64,000 nucleotides of DNA from an uncultured Planctomycetaceae bacterium (GTDB lineage Bacteria > Planctomycetota > Planctomycetia > Planctomycetales > Planctomycetaceae), in contig CAYLTY010000003.1 in the NCBI GenBank assembly GCA_964386705.1, forward strand, positions 14,026-78,025, given 5' to 3'. A model generated the notes under the pieces. The model saw nothing but the letters and a program-made list of their open reading frames with translations, was not told the origin of the DNA and did not search any database. The position numbers and the translations under genes are program-made. Each line of letters begins with the position of its first letter. Position 1 is the first letter of the stretch. Below, piece by piece: positions 10,527 to 20,449 of the stretch.

Positions 10527-11807
10527 ATGAGTCCACCAAGCGCCACAGCCCGAAGTTCTCGAATCCAACACGTCCTTCGACGACTTGGTTTGGTGGTATT
10601 TTTGGCACTCTTAATACAACAAGGAACGTGGAGATACGCAGCGCAGCGAACGGCTGCAAACCTTGAACTCCATCGTCTGGATCAGGCTCAGTTCTGGATT
10701 GATCTCTGGGGAATGTCTTCATGGCACTCTACAGATTTGCGTCTGAGCAGAGCCCGGCTGCATCGCGTGCGGGGACAGACAGAGGACGCTCGCAAGGAAC
10801 TGGACCTGGCCAGGCAATACGGCGCAGCCAAAGAGGACATTCGGACGGAAGAGATTCTGATGCTGGCTCAAGGCGGCCAGCTCTCACGCGTTGAACAAAA
10901 CTTGAAGTCACTACTGATCGAACAACGAGTAGGGTTATCTGCAGTCTGCGAAGCGTACATCAACGGCTTCCTGTTGAATTACCGCTTCGGCGATGCCGCC
11001 GGGTTGCTCGATGTGTGGGAGAAAGACTTTCCAGAAGCCGCCCAGCCCAAGTTCGTCCGGGGACTCATTGAGGAGCAACTGGGGAACTCTGCCATCGCCA
11101 TGAATTCCTTTCAGGCGGCGCTGAAGTTGGACCCCAGCCGCCACGACATTCGCCTGCGACTCGCGATCGCCTTGACCCGACAGCACAACTACAAGCAGGC
11201 GGTCGAGTACTTCAAAAGTATCGATTCCCGTTACGCGGACAGCGAAGAGTATCTGCTGCATTACGCGACGTGCCTGAGCGAGATGGGTGACCAGAAGGCA
11301 GCCTTGCCCGTGCTCAACCGCCTGCTTGCCCGGAATGCGCAGCATCGGGAAGCCAATCTGCTGAAAGCCCGCTACCACTTCGCGATCCGAGGGTACGCGG
11401 AAGCTAAAGCTTTGCTGGAAAAGCGACTGCGTCAAACGGAACGTGACTACGACTACCGCTATCTGATGGGGCTGGTGCTGCGTGCTGAAGGTCGCACAGC
11501 AGAGGCTGCCGAGCACATGGTCTTCGTCGAGAAAGCGGACGCAGCGATGGCCAAGGTCCGGCTGGCGATGGATCAGACGCGCGACAAACCGCGTCGAGCC
11601 GACACGCGTTTCGAGATTGGTTCGCAGTTGCTGGAACTGGGCTTTCGCAACGACGGAGCGAGCTGGTTGCGTTCCGTGCTGGAAGTTGACCCTGCCCACC
11701 TAGCGGCACACGAAGCTCTCGAAAAGTATTACCGGGAAGAAGGTCTGGAATCGCTCGCTCAACGCCACCATCTGGCGGTCGAGCGAATCGAGGCGCGGTC
11801 GCTCTAG
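10527..11807 (+). CDS. TPR-repeat protein with N-terminal membrane anchor
   Basis: ORF 10518..11807. The codon at 10518 is TTG and the ATG at 10527 is preferred. Hydrophobic LGLVVFLALLI, then repeated TPR-like helices (AIAMNSFQAALKLDPSRHDIRLRLAIALTRQHNYKQAVEYF...). Confidence 0.75.
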   Translation: MSPPSATARSSRIQHVLRRLGLVVFLALLIQQGTWRYAAQRTAANLELHRLDQAQFWIDLWGMSSWHSTDLRLSRARLHRVRGQTEDARKELDLARQYGAAKEDIRTEEILMLAQGGQLSRVEQNLKSLLIEQRVGLSAVCEAYINGFLLNYRFGDAAGLLDVWEKDFPEAAQPKFVRGLIEEQLGNSAIAMNSFQAALKLDPSRHDIRLRLAIALTRQHNYKQAVEYFKSIDSRYADSEEYLLHYATCLSEMGDQKAALPVLNRLLARNAQHREANLLKARYHFAIRGYAEAKALLEKRLRQTERDYDYRYLMGLVLRAEGRTAEAAEHMVFVEKADAAMAKVRLAMDQTRDKPRRADTRFEIGSQLLELGFRNDGASWLRSVLEVDPAHLAAHEALEKYYREEGLESLAQRHHLAVERIEARSL

Positions 11808-11843
11808 TTGCACACCACACCGCCGCTGCAGAACATCCGCGAC

Positions 11844-13913
11844 ATGACTCTCTCCTTTAAGCAACTAGCCGACGATCGGGTTCTTGAACCGATTCATCTG
11901 GCCTTTGTGGATATGCTGCAGCGGCTGGATCCGCAAGCGGCTCCGTCCGTGGAACTGGCGGCGGCGGTGACCAGTGAGCAGCTCGCGCGCGGGCACGTGT
12001 GTCTGGACCTGACAACCGTCAATGACATTGCCTTCGTGACAGAAAACGAGGGCTTCGCGCCAATCTATTATCCTGATTGGCCGAGCCTCACGCCCTGGTG
12101 CCGCGAACTGGAACGCAGCCGCCTTGTTGAATCTCGACCAATCGACGATCGAGAGGCGAAGGCGAGCCGGCCGTTGGTGTTTGAGTCGGCTCATCAACGA
12201 GTTTACCTCGCACGCTACTGGTTCTATCAGCAGCGGCTGGCGTCGATGATCGCAGCTCGCCTGCAATCGCCTCCGCTGGTATTCGACGAAGTTCAACTTG
12301 CGGCGGACATCAATAGCTTGTTCCCAAACAAGGCAGACAATTCACAACGGGACCAGTGTCTGGCAGCAGCGAACGCAGTGGATCAACGCTTCGCGGTCAT
12401 CACCGGAGGTCCTGGCACCGGTAAGACAACGACCGTCGCCAAGCTGCTGGCTCTGAGGTTGTTGCAGGGCAAAGCAACCTCGCAACACAACGCGCCGACC
12501 GGCCTGCGGGTGCTCCTGATGGCACCAACCGGTAAAGCCGCACAGCGGTTGAATGAATCCCTCAGCCGCGCCGCCGGGAAACTGCCGGTCGATCAGGCCG
12601 TTCGCGATGCCTTGAAGACCATCACCGCGGGCACAATTCATCGAGTGCTCGGCTGGACTCCACTCCCTCCCGAACGCGGAGGCCCGTTTCGTCACAATGC
12701 TCAACGGCCACTCGATGCGGACATCGTGCTGGTGGATGAAGCGTCGATGGTCGATATCGGACTGATGTGGCATCTCTTCGACGCCGTCGGCCCGGAAACG
12801 CAACTCGTCCTGATGGGTGACCGCGATCAACTGGCGTCGGTCGAAGCAGGCGGCGTGCTCAGCGATCTGGCCCGACCGGAAGACGATGCAACGCTGTCTT
12901 CCCGGCGAGATATCATGGCTGCACGCACGGGACTCGATCTCACACCGACGACAACTCAACGCAAGAACTCCGCCAAGCCAGCACAAGACTCTCAGCATCA
13001 GGCCGCCATTTCCGTGCTGAGGTTCAGTCACCGCTTTTCGGCGGAATCCATCTTCGGACAATTGGCGGCCGCCATTCGAGCTGGCGACGCGGATGTCGCC
13101 ATCGATCTCCTGAGATCCGCAGATCCGCAGCGCCTGTTGTGGTTGCCTCAGTCCAACACGAACACGGCCTTGCAGCGCGTGGTCGAACTGGCAGCCGCAC
13201 AGTATCGCGAGTACCTGGAGTTGCTCCGTCGCCAACCAGGCCAGCCAGCGGCCATCTTGTCGGCTCTGTCCGCGACTCGCGTGCTGTGCGCGCATCGAGA
13301 AGGTCCGTCCGGTGAGCGAGCCCTCAATCAGCGAGTAGTGCACGCTCTCGACGCGGCGGGTCTGCTGCACTCGCGACCTCAACACTATCCCGGCCAGGCC
13401 GTCATTGTGACGGAGAACAACTATCAGCAAAACCTCTTCAATGGCGACGTCGGAGTTGTCGTGCCCGGGTCCTCGGGTCACGGACTGGAGCTCCTGTTTG
13501 ATGACCCGGAAACGCTCGGAACGTGCCGACTCATTCCGGCCGCGCTCGCACCAGCGACACGTGACTGCTGGGCGATGACGATTCACAAGAGTCAGGGCTC
13601 TGAGTTCCGCAACGTCTTCGTCGTGTTGCCCGAATTCGATTCACCCATCCTGTCCCGTGAGCTGCTCTATACGGCAACAACTCGCGTCAAAGACGAAGCC
13701 AATGCACCGTCGGGCCGAGCCGGATTCCTTTGCCTCGCGGCCCGAGAAGACGTCTTGCGCGGCGCCATCCAGCGCGAGATCCGTCGCACCAGCGGCATCC
13801 GAGACGCCATCCAGCACATGCTCGCGCCAGCGTCCGCATCACCTCAACGCAAGAAGGCGAGAACCAAGTCCGTCGCCACCGACCAAAAACGGTTCACTTG
13901 GGATGGCCAATAG
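11844..13913 (+). CDS. recD: Exodeoxyribonuclease V alpha subunit RecD (RecD1 type) with an internal insertion and a basic C-terminal tail
   Basis: Helicase motifs are present: FAVITGGPGTGKTTTVAKLL, LLMAPTGKAAQRLNES, IVLVDEASMVD, LMGDRDQLASVEAGGV, MTIHKSQGSEF, LLYTATTR. The N-terminal region (ARGHVCLDL; RVYLARYWFYQ) resembles E. coli RecD. The ATG at 11844 is preferred over the TTG at 11808, which directly abuts the TPR gene stop. Confidence 0.85.
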   Translation: MTLSFKQLADDRVLEPIHLAFVDMLQRLDPQAAPSVELAAAVTSEQLARGHVCLDLTTVNDIAFVTENEGFAPIYYPDWPSLTPWCRELERSRLVESRPIDDREAKASRPLVFESAHQRVYLARYWFYQQRLASMIAARLQSPPLVFDEVQLAADINSLFPNKADNSQRDQCLAAANAVDQRFAVITGGPGTGKTTTVAKLLALRLLQGKATSQHNAPTGLRVLLMAPTGKAAQRLNESLSRAAGKLPVDQAVRDALKTITAGTIHRVLGWTPLPPERGGPFRHNAQRPLDADIVLVDEASMVDIGLMWHLFDAVGPETQLVLMGDRDQLASVEAGGVLSDLARPEDDATLSSRRDIMAARTGLDLTPTTTQRKNSAKPAQDSQHQAAISVLRFSHRFSAESIFGQLAAAIRAGDADVAIDLLRSADPQRLLWLPQSNTNTALQRVVELAAAQYREYLELLRRQPGQPAAILSALSATRVLCAHREGPSGERALNQRVVHALDAAGLLHSRPQHYPGQAVIVTENNYQQNLFNGDVGVVVPGSSGHGLELLFDDPETLGTCRLIPAALAPATRDCWAMTIHKSQGSEFRNVFVVLPEFDSPILSRELLYTATTRVKDEANAPSGRAGFLCLAAREDVLRGAIQREIRRTSGIRDAIQHMLAPASASPQRKKARTKSVATDQKRFTWDGQ

Positions 13914-14003
13914 CCACCGTCTTTACTTCCGGGAACGATAGCCCTGCTCTCTTCGCGTCCTTTGCGAGCTTCTGTTCAATCTTCTTACGGATGCAGAACC
14001 AAA

Positions 14004-16229
14004 CTACTTCATTTCGCGAATCCATTGCTCGACCAGCTTCACGGCGTCGCGGTCAACGACGTTGGAGCCGACATGCGGCATGCGGCCCAAGCCGGTCTTG
14101 TTCATGCGAAACGCGACCAGTGATTGCTCGGGCTTGCCGGGCGCGATGTAGCGAGCACTTTCCACCCCGAAGTTACCTTGTCCGGGCTTAACGTTCACGG
14201 TCCCGGTTTCTGACAGCGGATGGACTGCCAGCAGATGGAACTCGGCATTGCCGCCGCCCCATTTGCGATGACAGTGAGCACAGTTCCCATGCAAATAGGA
14301 TCGAGCCCGCGCATCCACAGTTGCGGCGGTGTCTTGAGGACTTGCCAACTTGGGCAACTCAGCCGCAGGTTTCGGCAGCGGCTTCGTAAACAACCTCATG
14401 CGATTCATCACGTCCAGTTGATTGGCAGCGAAGCTGCCGTAGTTGTGCGACTTGTTCATCTGCAATGTGTCGATGCCGAGCACGTACTTCGCCGACATCG
14501 TGTGACACAGCGTGCATTCGGCTCGGCTGGGGAAGTGCCACGTCTGCTGCCGCTTGCCGCCGGGAACCTGCGAGTCCTTGATCTCGAAGGTGCGATCCAA
14601 CCCCTTGGCGTCGAGCAAAGTCGCATCCGTTTGCTCGTCATTCCAGACGTACGTGTAGCCATGCCAGACTTGGGCTCCGTATTCGTCGTCGTTACCGGGG
14701 ACGAGTTCTCGATGCAGGATGCGGGTTTCGAGTCTGCGCTCACTCTTTGGGTTACCCGCTTCCAGCTCCAGCGAGAACGTCTTCACCAGCACCGTGCCAT
14801 CAGGGAAGCGCCAGCCGGCCGGAGCACCTGGCGGTGGCTGCGGGTAAACCACGACATCAAATTCAATCTGTGAATCACCGGGCAGCGCGAGATACCGAGT
14901 CTTCGCGGCGCCATCCGACCACAGCGGCGAGTTCACCGTGTACGGGAACAGACCCTTGGCTGGCTTGTGATCGCGAGTTGATTCGAACACACCGGTTTGG
15001 CTGAGAAGCTGAGGAAACTTCGGAGCATCCGCCGATGGCGGCGGGGCCTTCACGAGCTGATGAATCCCGCCCGCAAAGTCGAGGATATAAATCTCACCGG
15101 CGGCATCCTGAGCGAACGCGATCACTCGGAGGGATGTGTCAACCAGCTCTCGATGCTCGGTAAGCCGGCCATCCACGTAGCGCAGCGACCAGACCTTACC
15201 GGTATCGAAGTCACCGTAGACGTAGGCGTCTTTCAGCTCTGGCAGGCGCGACCCGTGATAGACGTAGCCGCCGGTGATCGAGCGAAAATCAATGTGAGCG
15301 TGTTCCACGATCGGCTTCAGAATCGGAGTTGGTCCCAACTTCCGGGCTGGCCGGAAAGAATGAGTCCCCTCCTGGACGCTCCAGCCATAATTGCCGCCCT
15401 TCTGGATCAGATAGATCATCTCCCACAGGTCCTGACCGATCTCGCCCGCCCAGAGCTGACCAGTTGGCGGATCAAAACCAAACTTCCACACCTGACGATG
15501 CCCGTAGGACCAGATCTCCGGTCGCGCATTCGCCATCCCCACGAATGGGTTATCAGCGGGCACGGCGTACTTGCCGCTCTTGTCCGGATGATCGACATCA
15601 ATACGCAGCATCGAACCCAACAGGTCCGTCAGGTCCTGCCCGGTCTGCAATTCGTCAGCAATGCCGCTGCCATCGCCCGTTGAGATATAGAGCATCCCGT
15701 CCGGGCCGAACCGCAAACAGCCGCCGTTATGGCCACCGTTCGGCCATTCGATGATGACTCGCTCAGATTTCGGATCGGCCTCAGTCGCGCCCGCGGGCCA
15801 CATGTATTCTGAAACACGAGTGCCCTTCGGTGTGGTCTCCTGAGTATTCAGAATCGAAGTCACATAGAGCTTGCGGTTGCGCTTAAAGTCCGGGTGGAAC
15901 GCGAGGCCATACGCCGATCGGCCCACTTCCAGAAAGAGTTTCTTCTCACTCGCGGCACCTTGGTTCTCCACCAGGAAGATCTTGCCGCGACGTTCGAGCA
16001 CCGCGAGTTGCTTGGCTCCCGGCACCGCAGTGATCTCCAGCGGCTCATCGAATCGCACCTTCGGGAAGATGGCTTCCGTCCGATACGGACTCGGCGGTTC
16101 CGGCGACCCCTTGATGTTGGACGTTGTCCACAGTTCGCGTGGCAGAGGTGTATCCGCAGCCGAAGCCCAACTCGTCCAGGCAGCAACGCAACACACAGCC
16201 AGTGAGCACAACTCGAAGCGCATCGCCAT
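14004..16229 (-). CDS. Secreted PQQ-dependent sugar dehydrogenase-like beta-propeller fused to c-type haem-binding C-terminal domain
   Basis: The start is taken at M140 of ORF 14004..16646 (MAMRFELCSLAVCCVAAWTSWASA signal peptide, AGGAG upstream). SGDH-like motifs are YGLAFHPDF, NGGHNGGCLRFGPDGMLYISTGDGSG and GGNYGWS. Two CxxCH sites (CTLCH, CAHCH) lie near the C-terminus. Confidence 0.85.
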   Translation of the reverse strand: MAMRFELCSLAVCCVAAWTSWASAADTPLPRELWTTSNIKGSPEPPSPYRTEAIFPKVRFDEPLEITAVPGAKQLAVLERRGKIFLVENQGAASEKKLFLEVGRSAYGLAFHPDFKRNRKLYVTSILNTQETTPKGTRVSEYMWPAGATEADPKSERVIIEWPNGGHNGGCLRFGPDGMLYISTGDGSGIADELQTGQDLTDLLGSMLRIDVDHPDKSGKYAVPADNPFVGMANARPEIWSYGHRQVWKFGFDPPTGQLWAGEIGQDLWEMIYLIQKGGNYGWSVQEGTHSFRPARKLGPTPILKPIVEHAHIDFRSITGGYVYHGSRLPELKDAYVYGDFDTGKVWSLRYVDGRLTEHRELVDTSLRVIAFAQDAAGEIYILDFAGGIHQLVKAPPPSADAPKFPQLLSQTGVFESTRDHKPAKGLFPYTVNSPLWSDGAAKTRYLALPGDSQIEFDVVVYPQPPPGAPAGWRFPDGTVLVKTFSLELEAGNPKSERRLETRILHRELVPGNDDEYGAQVWHGYTYVWNDEQTDATLLDAKGLDRTFEIKDSQVPGGKRQQTWHFPSRAECTLCHTMSAKYVLGIDTLQMNKSHNYGSFAANQLDVMNRMRLFTKPLPKPAAELPKLASPQDTAATVDARARSYLHGNCAHCHRKWGGGNAEFHLLAVHPLSETGTVNVKPGQGNFGVESARYIAPGKPEQSLVAFRMNKTGLGRMPHVGSNVVDRDAVKLVEQWIREMK

Positions 16230-16429
16230 CTCCTGAGTGAGCCGCCGAGAAACCAAGACCCCCAAAGTAACCTCCCCGCCGACACTCGCAACCGAGCGGA
16301 GCTGCGCACAACCATTGATCCGCCTGCGATCGATAACTGCTGGGTGTGCAGGACTCTTGAAACAACAGGCAACGCCCGTGACGATCCAGCCGTCGTCACC
16401 CTGCTTTGTTGTGCCTTCGGGAGCTTGCC

Positions 16430-17119
16430 ATGCGCTTTGGTATTCAGCTTGCGGGAATTGTTCTCGTTTCTCTTTGCGCTGGTCTTGCGCAAGCGCAAGA
16501 GAAGAAAGCTCCCGCGAATCCCTTCGAGAAATGGGAGAAGTCCATCGCCGACTTCGAACAGCAGGACGCGAAGCAGGCACCGCCGAAGAACGAGATCCTG
16601 TTTGTCGGCAGTTCGAGCATTCGTCTGTGGAAGCTTCAGGATTCATTCCCGAATCTGAAAGTCATCAATCGCGGGTTCGGCGGTTCGCAGATTGCCGACA
16701 GCGTGCACTTCGCTGAGCGGATCGTCATCAAGCATGAACCACGAACCATTGTCTTCTACGCGGGTGACAACGACCTCGCGGGCGGAAAGTCTCCCGAGCA
16801 AGTAGCGGCGGACTTCAAGAGCTTTGTCGATGTCGTGCGCCCCAAACTGCCGACGACGCAAATTCATTTCATCGCCATCAAGCCGAGTCTTCAACGGTGG
16901 AAGAACGTGGAGAAAGTTCGAGCCGCGAACGGACTCATTCGCGACTACATCATCCAGACGCCCAACGTCTGCTACATCGACGTGTTCCATCCCATGCTGG
17001 GCGAAGATGGCAAACCCAAGCCCGAGCTCTTCGTCAAAGACGGCCTGCACATGACGCCCGCAGGCTACAAAATCTGGGCGAATGAACTGATGCCGTTTCT
17101 GGGCGGCAGCATCCAATGA
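16430..17119 (+). CDS. SGNH/GDSL-family hydrolase, secreted
   Basis: The ATG at 16430 (MRFGIQLAGIVLVSLCAGLAQA) gives a signal peptide. SGNH blocks: FVGSSSI, NRGFGGSQ, FYAGDNDL, DGLHMTPAGY. Confidence 0.8.
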   Translation: MRFGIQLAGIVLVSLCAGLAQAQEKKAPANPFEKWEKSIADFEQQDAKQAPPKNEILFVGSSSIRLWKLQDSFPNLKVINRGFGGSQIADSVHFAERIVIKHEPRTIVFYAGDNDLAGGKSPEQVAADFKSFVDVVRPKLPTTQIHFIAIKPSLQRWKNVEKVRAANGLIRDYIIQTPNVCYIDVFHPMLGEDGKPKPELFVKDGLHMTPAGYKIWANELMPFLGGSIQ

Positions 17120-17121
17120 TC

Positions 17122-17225
17122 GTAGCTTGGACACCCCCGTCCGAGCGTCTTCTCGCAAGGTGATCTGCGTGCAGAGGCGACTGCAACCTGTGTTAAAGAA
17201 GCTCGGACGAGGGCGTCCAAGCTAC
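17122..17225. repeat. Long imperfect inverted repeat (25-nt arms, about 54-nt spacer) filling the gap between convergent genes
   Basis: Left arm GTAGCTTGGACACCCCCGTCCGAGC (17122-17146). Right arm GCTCGGACGAGGGCGTCCAAGCTAC (17201-17225). 22 of 25 positions are complementary. Confidence 0.7.
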
Positions 17226-17233
17226 AAGCTCTA

Positions 17234-18592
17234 CTAATCGCGGCGCATCAGTTCATCGAGCGTGCGTTCCAGCCAGCGGGTGTCGACTTGGCCGGCTTGG
17301 AACGTTGGGTCGCGAAGAATCTTGCGCAGCAGCGGAATGGAGGTCTTCACGCCTTCAATGACGAATTCATCCAACGCTCGCAGCATGCAGGCGATGGCTT
17401 GATCGCGGGTCGGGCGATGCACAATCAGCTTGCCGACCATCGAATCGTAGTATGGCGGAATCTTGTAACCCTCGTGCACGTGCGAGTCGAAACGCACGCC
17501 GCGTCCGCCAGGAATGCGCAGTTTGGTGATCGTGCCGGGGCTGCCACGGAATTCATTGTCCGGGTCTTCGGCATTGATGCGCACTTCGATCGAGTGCCCG
17601 TTGCGCTTGATGTCTTCCTGCTGGAACGGCAGCTTTTCGCCAGCGGCTACTCGGATTTGGCTTTCAATCAGGTCGATCCCCGTGATCTGCTCAGTCACCG
17701 GATGCTCGACCTGAATGCGGGCATTCACTTCGATGAAGTAAAAGTTGTAGTCCTTGTCGACGATGAACTCGCAGGTGCCCGCGTTGTAGTAGCCCGCCGA
17801 CTTCGCCAGTCGCACGGCCGCTTCGCACATCGCATTGCGGACATCATCGGGCAGAGTTGGCGCTGGCGCTTCTTCGATCAGCTTCTGGTGTTTGCGCTGC
17901 GTCGAGCATTCGCGCTCCCACAGGTGGCACACGTTGCCGTGCTGATCGCCGATCAGCTGCACTTCGACGTGTCTTGGATTCTCCACGTACTTCTCAAGAA
18001 ACACGCCAGCGTTCTTGAACGCTTTCTCGGCTTCCTGCGAGGCTTGCTTCACGCCGATCTTCAGGTCTTGTTCGTTCCGGGCGACGCGCATGCCTTTGCC
18101 GCCACCGCCCGCGGTAGCCTTAATCAGTACCGGATAGCCGATCTTGCTGGCGATCTGCACGGCTTCGGCTTCGTCCTTCAACAAGCCTTCGCTGCCGGGA
18201 ACCGTCGGCACGTTGGCCTTCATCGCGACGATGCGTGACGAGACCTTATCGCCCAGGCCGTTCATCGCGTCGACGGGGGGACCGATGAACTCAATGTCAC
18301 ATTCGCGGCAGATTTCGGCAAACTTGGCGTTCTCGGCCAGGAAGCCATAGCCCGGATGGATGGCCTGAGCGCCGCCCACTTCAGCAGCGCTGATGATGCG
18401 ATTGATAAGCAAATAGCTGTCGATCGCCTGAGCGGACCCGATGCAATAGGCCTCGTCCGCCAGACTCAAATAATGAGCCCCGCGATCAGCCTCTGAAAAC
18501 ACGGCTACGGTTTCGATGCCGAGTTCACGGCAGGCGCGGATGATTCGCAGAGCGATCTCACCGCGATTGGCCACCAGAATGCGTTGAAACAT
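17234..18592 (-). CDS. accC: Acetyl-CoA carboxylase biotin carboxylase subunit
   Basis: 452 aa. [26 protein letters not shown]..., ATP-grasp [23 protein letters not shown]. Confidence 0.97.
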   Translation of the reverse strand: MFQRILVANRGEIALRIIRACRELGIETVAVFSEADRGAHYLSLADEAYCIGSAQAIDSYLLINRIISAAEVGGAQAIHPGYGFLAENAKFAEICRECDIEFIGPPVDAMNGLGDKVSSRIVAMKANVPTVPGSEGLLKDEAEAVQIASKIGYPVLIKATAGGGGKGMRVARNEQDLKIGVKQASQEAEKAFKNAGVFLEKYVENPRHVEVQLIGDQHGNVCHLWERECSTQRKHQKLIEEAPAPTLPDDVRNAMCEAAVRLAKSAGYYNAGTCEFIVDKDYNFYFIEVNARIQVEHPVTEQITGIDLIESQIRVAAGEKLPFQQEDIKRNGHSIEVRINAEDPDNEFRGSPGTITKLRIPGGRGVRFDSHVHEGYKIPPYYDSMVGKLIVHRPTRDQAIACMLRALDEFVIEGVKTSIPLLRKILRDPTFQAGQVDTRWLERTLDELMRRD

Positions 18593-18691
18593 GTGAGCGT
18601 TGTCTTTGAGGAGTGAGACCGGCCACGGCTCGGAAGAATCGGCGGAACGTCCTGGCTTACCGCAACGGCAAGCCAGGCGACCGACCTGCGA

Positions 18692-19261
18692 CTACGACTT
18701 GATGCGGAACAGCGGCTGTCCATACTCGACGGAATCGCCGCTCTTGACGAGCACTTCAGCGATCGTGCCGCTGACGTCAGCCGTGATCTGGTTGAAGACT
18801 TTCATGGCCTCAACGATGCACACAACCGTGTCAGGTTGGACCTTCGAACCAACTTGCACGTATGGGGGATCATCCGGAGTCGGCGAGCCGTAGAAGGTAC
18901 CGACTGTCGGGCTCTTGATGGCGGGCAGGTTGCTCTCAGCGGCGGCCGCTGGAGCAGGTGCCGCTGCCGTCGATGCCACCGGCGTCGGAGCGGGAGCATG
19001 AGCCATCGGGGCCGGAGCGTACTGCATCGGCTGTGGCAGGTACGGCATGGCCGGGACCGTCGCAGGTCCGCGGCGAATGCGCCAGGCTTCGTCGCCATTC
19101 TCGAGATTGATTGACGTGGCGCCGTGCTTGTCCATCAGCTCCATCAGTTCTTTGATGGCAGCCAGGTTAAAGGGACTTTTCGACTCGGGGATATCAGCCA
19201 TCGGCTCAGACCCTTTGGGTTTGGGTTGCGATGCGGAATTCTTGGACGTCTTCTTCTTCAT
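18692..19261 (-). CDS. accB: Biotin carboxyl carrier protein
   Basis: C-terminal biotinyl domain with EAMKVFNQI (the biotinylated Lys lies in AMK) and an Ala/Pro linker. The ATG at 19261 is preferred. The track start at 19291 is a TTG. Confidence 0.9.
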   Translation of the reverse strand: MKKKTSKNSASQPKPKGSEPMADIPESKSPFNLAAIKELMELMDKHGATSINLENGDEAWRIRRGPATVPAMPYLPQPMQYAPAPMAHAPAPTPVASTAAAPAPAAAAESNLPAIKSPTVGTFYGSPTPDDPPYVQVGSKVQPDTVVCIVEAMKVFNQITADVSGTIAEVLVKSGDSVEYGQPLFRIKS

Positions 19262-19383
19262 GGGCGTGCTCAAGAGCGGTTCCTCAAACAAGACCGCCGT
19301 GCCCCGCGGATAGCCACCAAGAGCACGGCGTGCGTTGAATATTACTTGTGCTGCCCCTGTCCAGCAACTTGCCGCGACCTCAC

Positions 19384-20046
19384 TTAGTACCGTCCATGAA
19401 AGAGTTCAGCGATGTTGTACGCATTCAGTAAACCGTGTCGGCGTAATTCTTTACCATCTTCGATCAACACGATTGTGGGGAGCGATTGTACGCCGTACTT
19501 GGCCATCAAGTCCGGTCGCGCATCGACGTCCACAACCTGAATGTGATCGGTGTCGCGATCTCCGACTTGCCACTTCACGGCCTGCAGTTTGGGGAATTCG
19601 TAGTTCAGACCCTGGCAGGCGCCGCACCAGGCCGCCTTGAAGACCAGAACCCGTCGCGAGCGAGCTTGGGCTGGAGCAGGTTTCGATTCAGGTCGGTCAT
19701 CCGATGAGAGGTCAGCTTCAGTTGGCGTTTCCGAGTTCTGTTCCTGGCTGACGAGCTTCAGATCGAAGGCATCGCTACCCAGGTTCATTTCTTCGTCGCG
19801 GCTGAGGTCAGTTCGCCAAGCCACGGCATCATCTTCATTCGTCGCGGATTGCGTGAACTCCTGAATCGCTGAGCTTTGCCCGCCCAACTGAATCTGTGGC
19901 ACAAACTGGGTCTTGCCCAATCGTGGCACCATTCCGGGGATCTCATTCCCAAAGTCAGACACTTCCGAAGCGATCGCCCTTGGCACCAAACCCGCTGCCA
20001 TCAAAACAGCCGCCACCCCATGGATTCGTCCCATGAAACACTCCAT
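19384..20046 (-). CDS. Secreted thioredoxin-fold protein (WCGAC active site)
   Basis: Signal-like N-terminus ([21 protein letters not shown]). C-terminal thioredoxin-like [15 protein letters not shown]...[18 protein letters not shown] lies upstream of the ATG at 20046. Confidence 0.7.
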   Translation of the reverse strand: MECFMGRIHGVAAVLMAAGLVPRAIASEVSDFGNEIPGMVPRLGKTQFVPQIQLGGQSSAIQEFTQSATNEDDAVAWRTDLSRDEEMNLGSDAFDLKLVSQEQNSETPTEADLSSDDRPESKPAPAQARSRRVLVFKAAWCGACQGLNYEFPKLQAVKWQVGDRDTDHIQVVDVDARPDLMAKYGVQSLPTIVLIEDGKELRRHGLLNAYNIAELFHGRY

Positions 20047-20449
20047 TCAAAAGACTCCGTAGTTGGCCCGAACTTCGATCGCGGTGGTCAGTCCGAGATT
20101 GAGGTTCGCGTAAGAGGGGAAGACGGTAGGGGTGGTTGCGGGCACACGCAACCAATTTGGACAAGTCGCGAGATCCGGCGTGTTGGGTGAGAATCTTCCA
20201 ACAACGTGATTTACGGGAAATTCAGCCACTTTTTCGATTTGATAATCCAGGTGACGACGCACAACCGCCAAATTTTCAGGAGCCAGAACTGAGATTTCGC
20301 CAGTCGAAGAACGTGGCTGCGGACAGGCGCAGTGGGCGAACGACGCCGCTAAATTGAGCGTCTGACAAATGCCTGCGTGCTCGACATCAATCGGTCAGGC
20401 ATTCGTTTGTGAGCGAAAATCAGGTCCTACTCCGACACTGAAACCCACC

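Noticed and set aside
11808-11843. TTG start of RecD immediately after the TPR stop
   Set aside because: It is possible, but the ATG at 11844 is more conventional and the N-terminal 12 residues add nothing recognisable. It is kept as an alternative rather than called.
12342-13586. 414-aa minus-strand ORF
   Set aside because: It is antisense to recD, which carries all helicase motifs.
16230-16646. 139-codon N-terminal extension of the SGDH-cytochrome ORF
   Set aside because: The extension has no signal peptide and is Arg/Ser-rich. It overlaps the divergent SGNH hydrolase gene. The internal MAMRFELC... gives a proper signal peptide with AGGAG upstream.
17288-18238. 316-aa plus-strand ORF
   Set aside because: It is antisense to accC.
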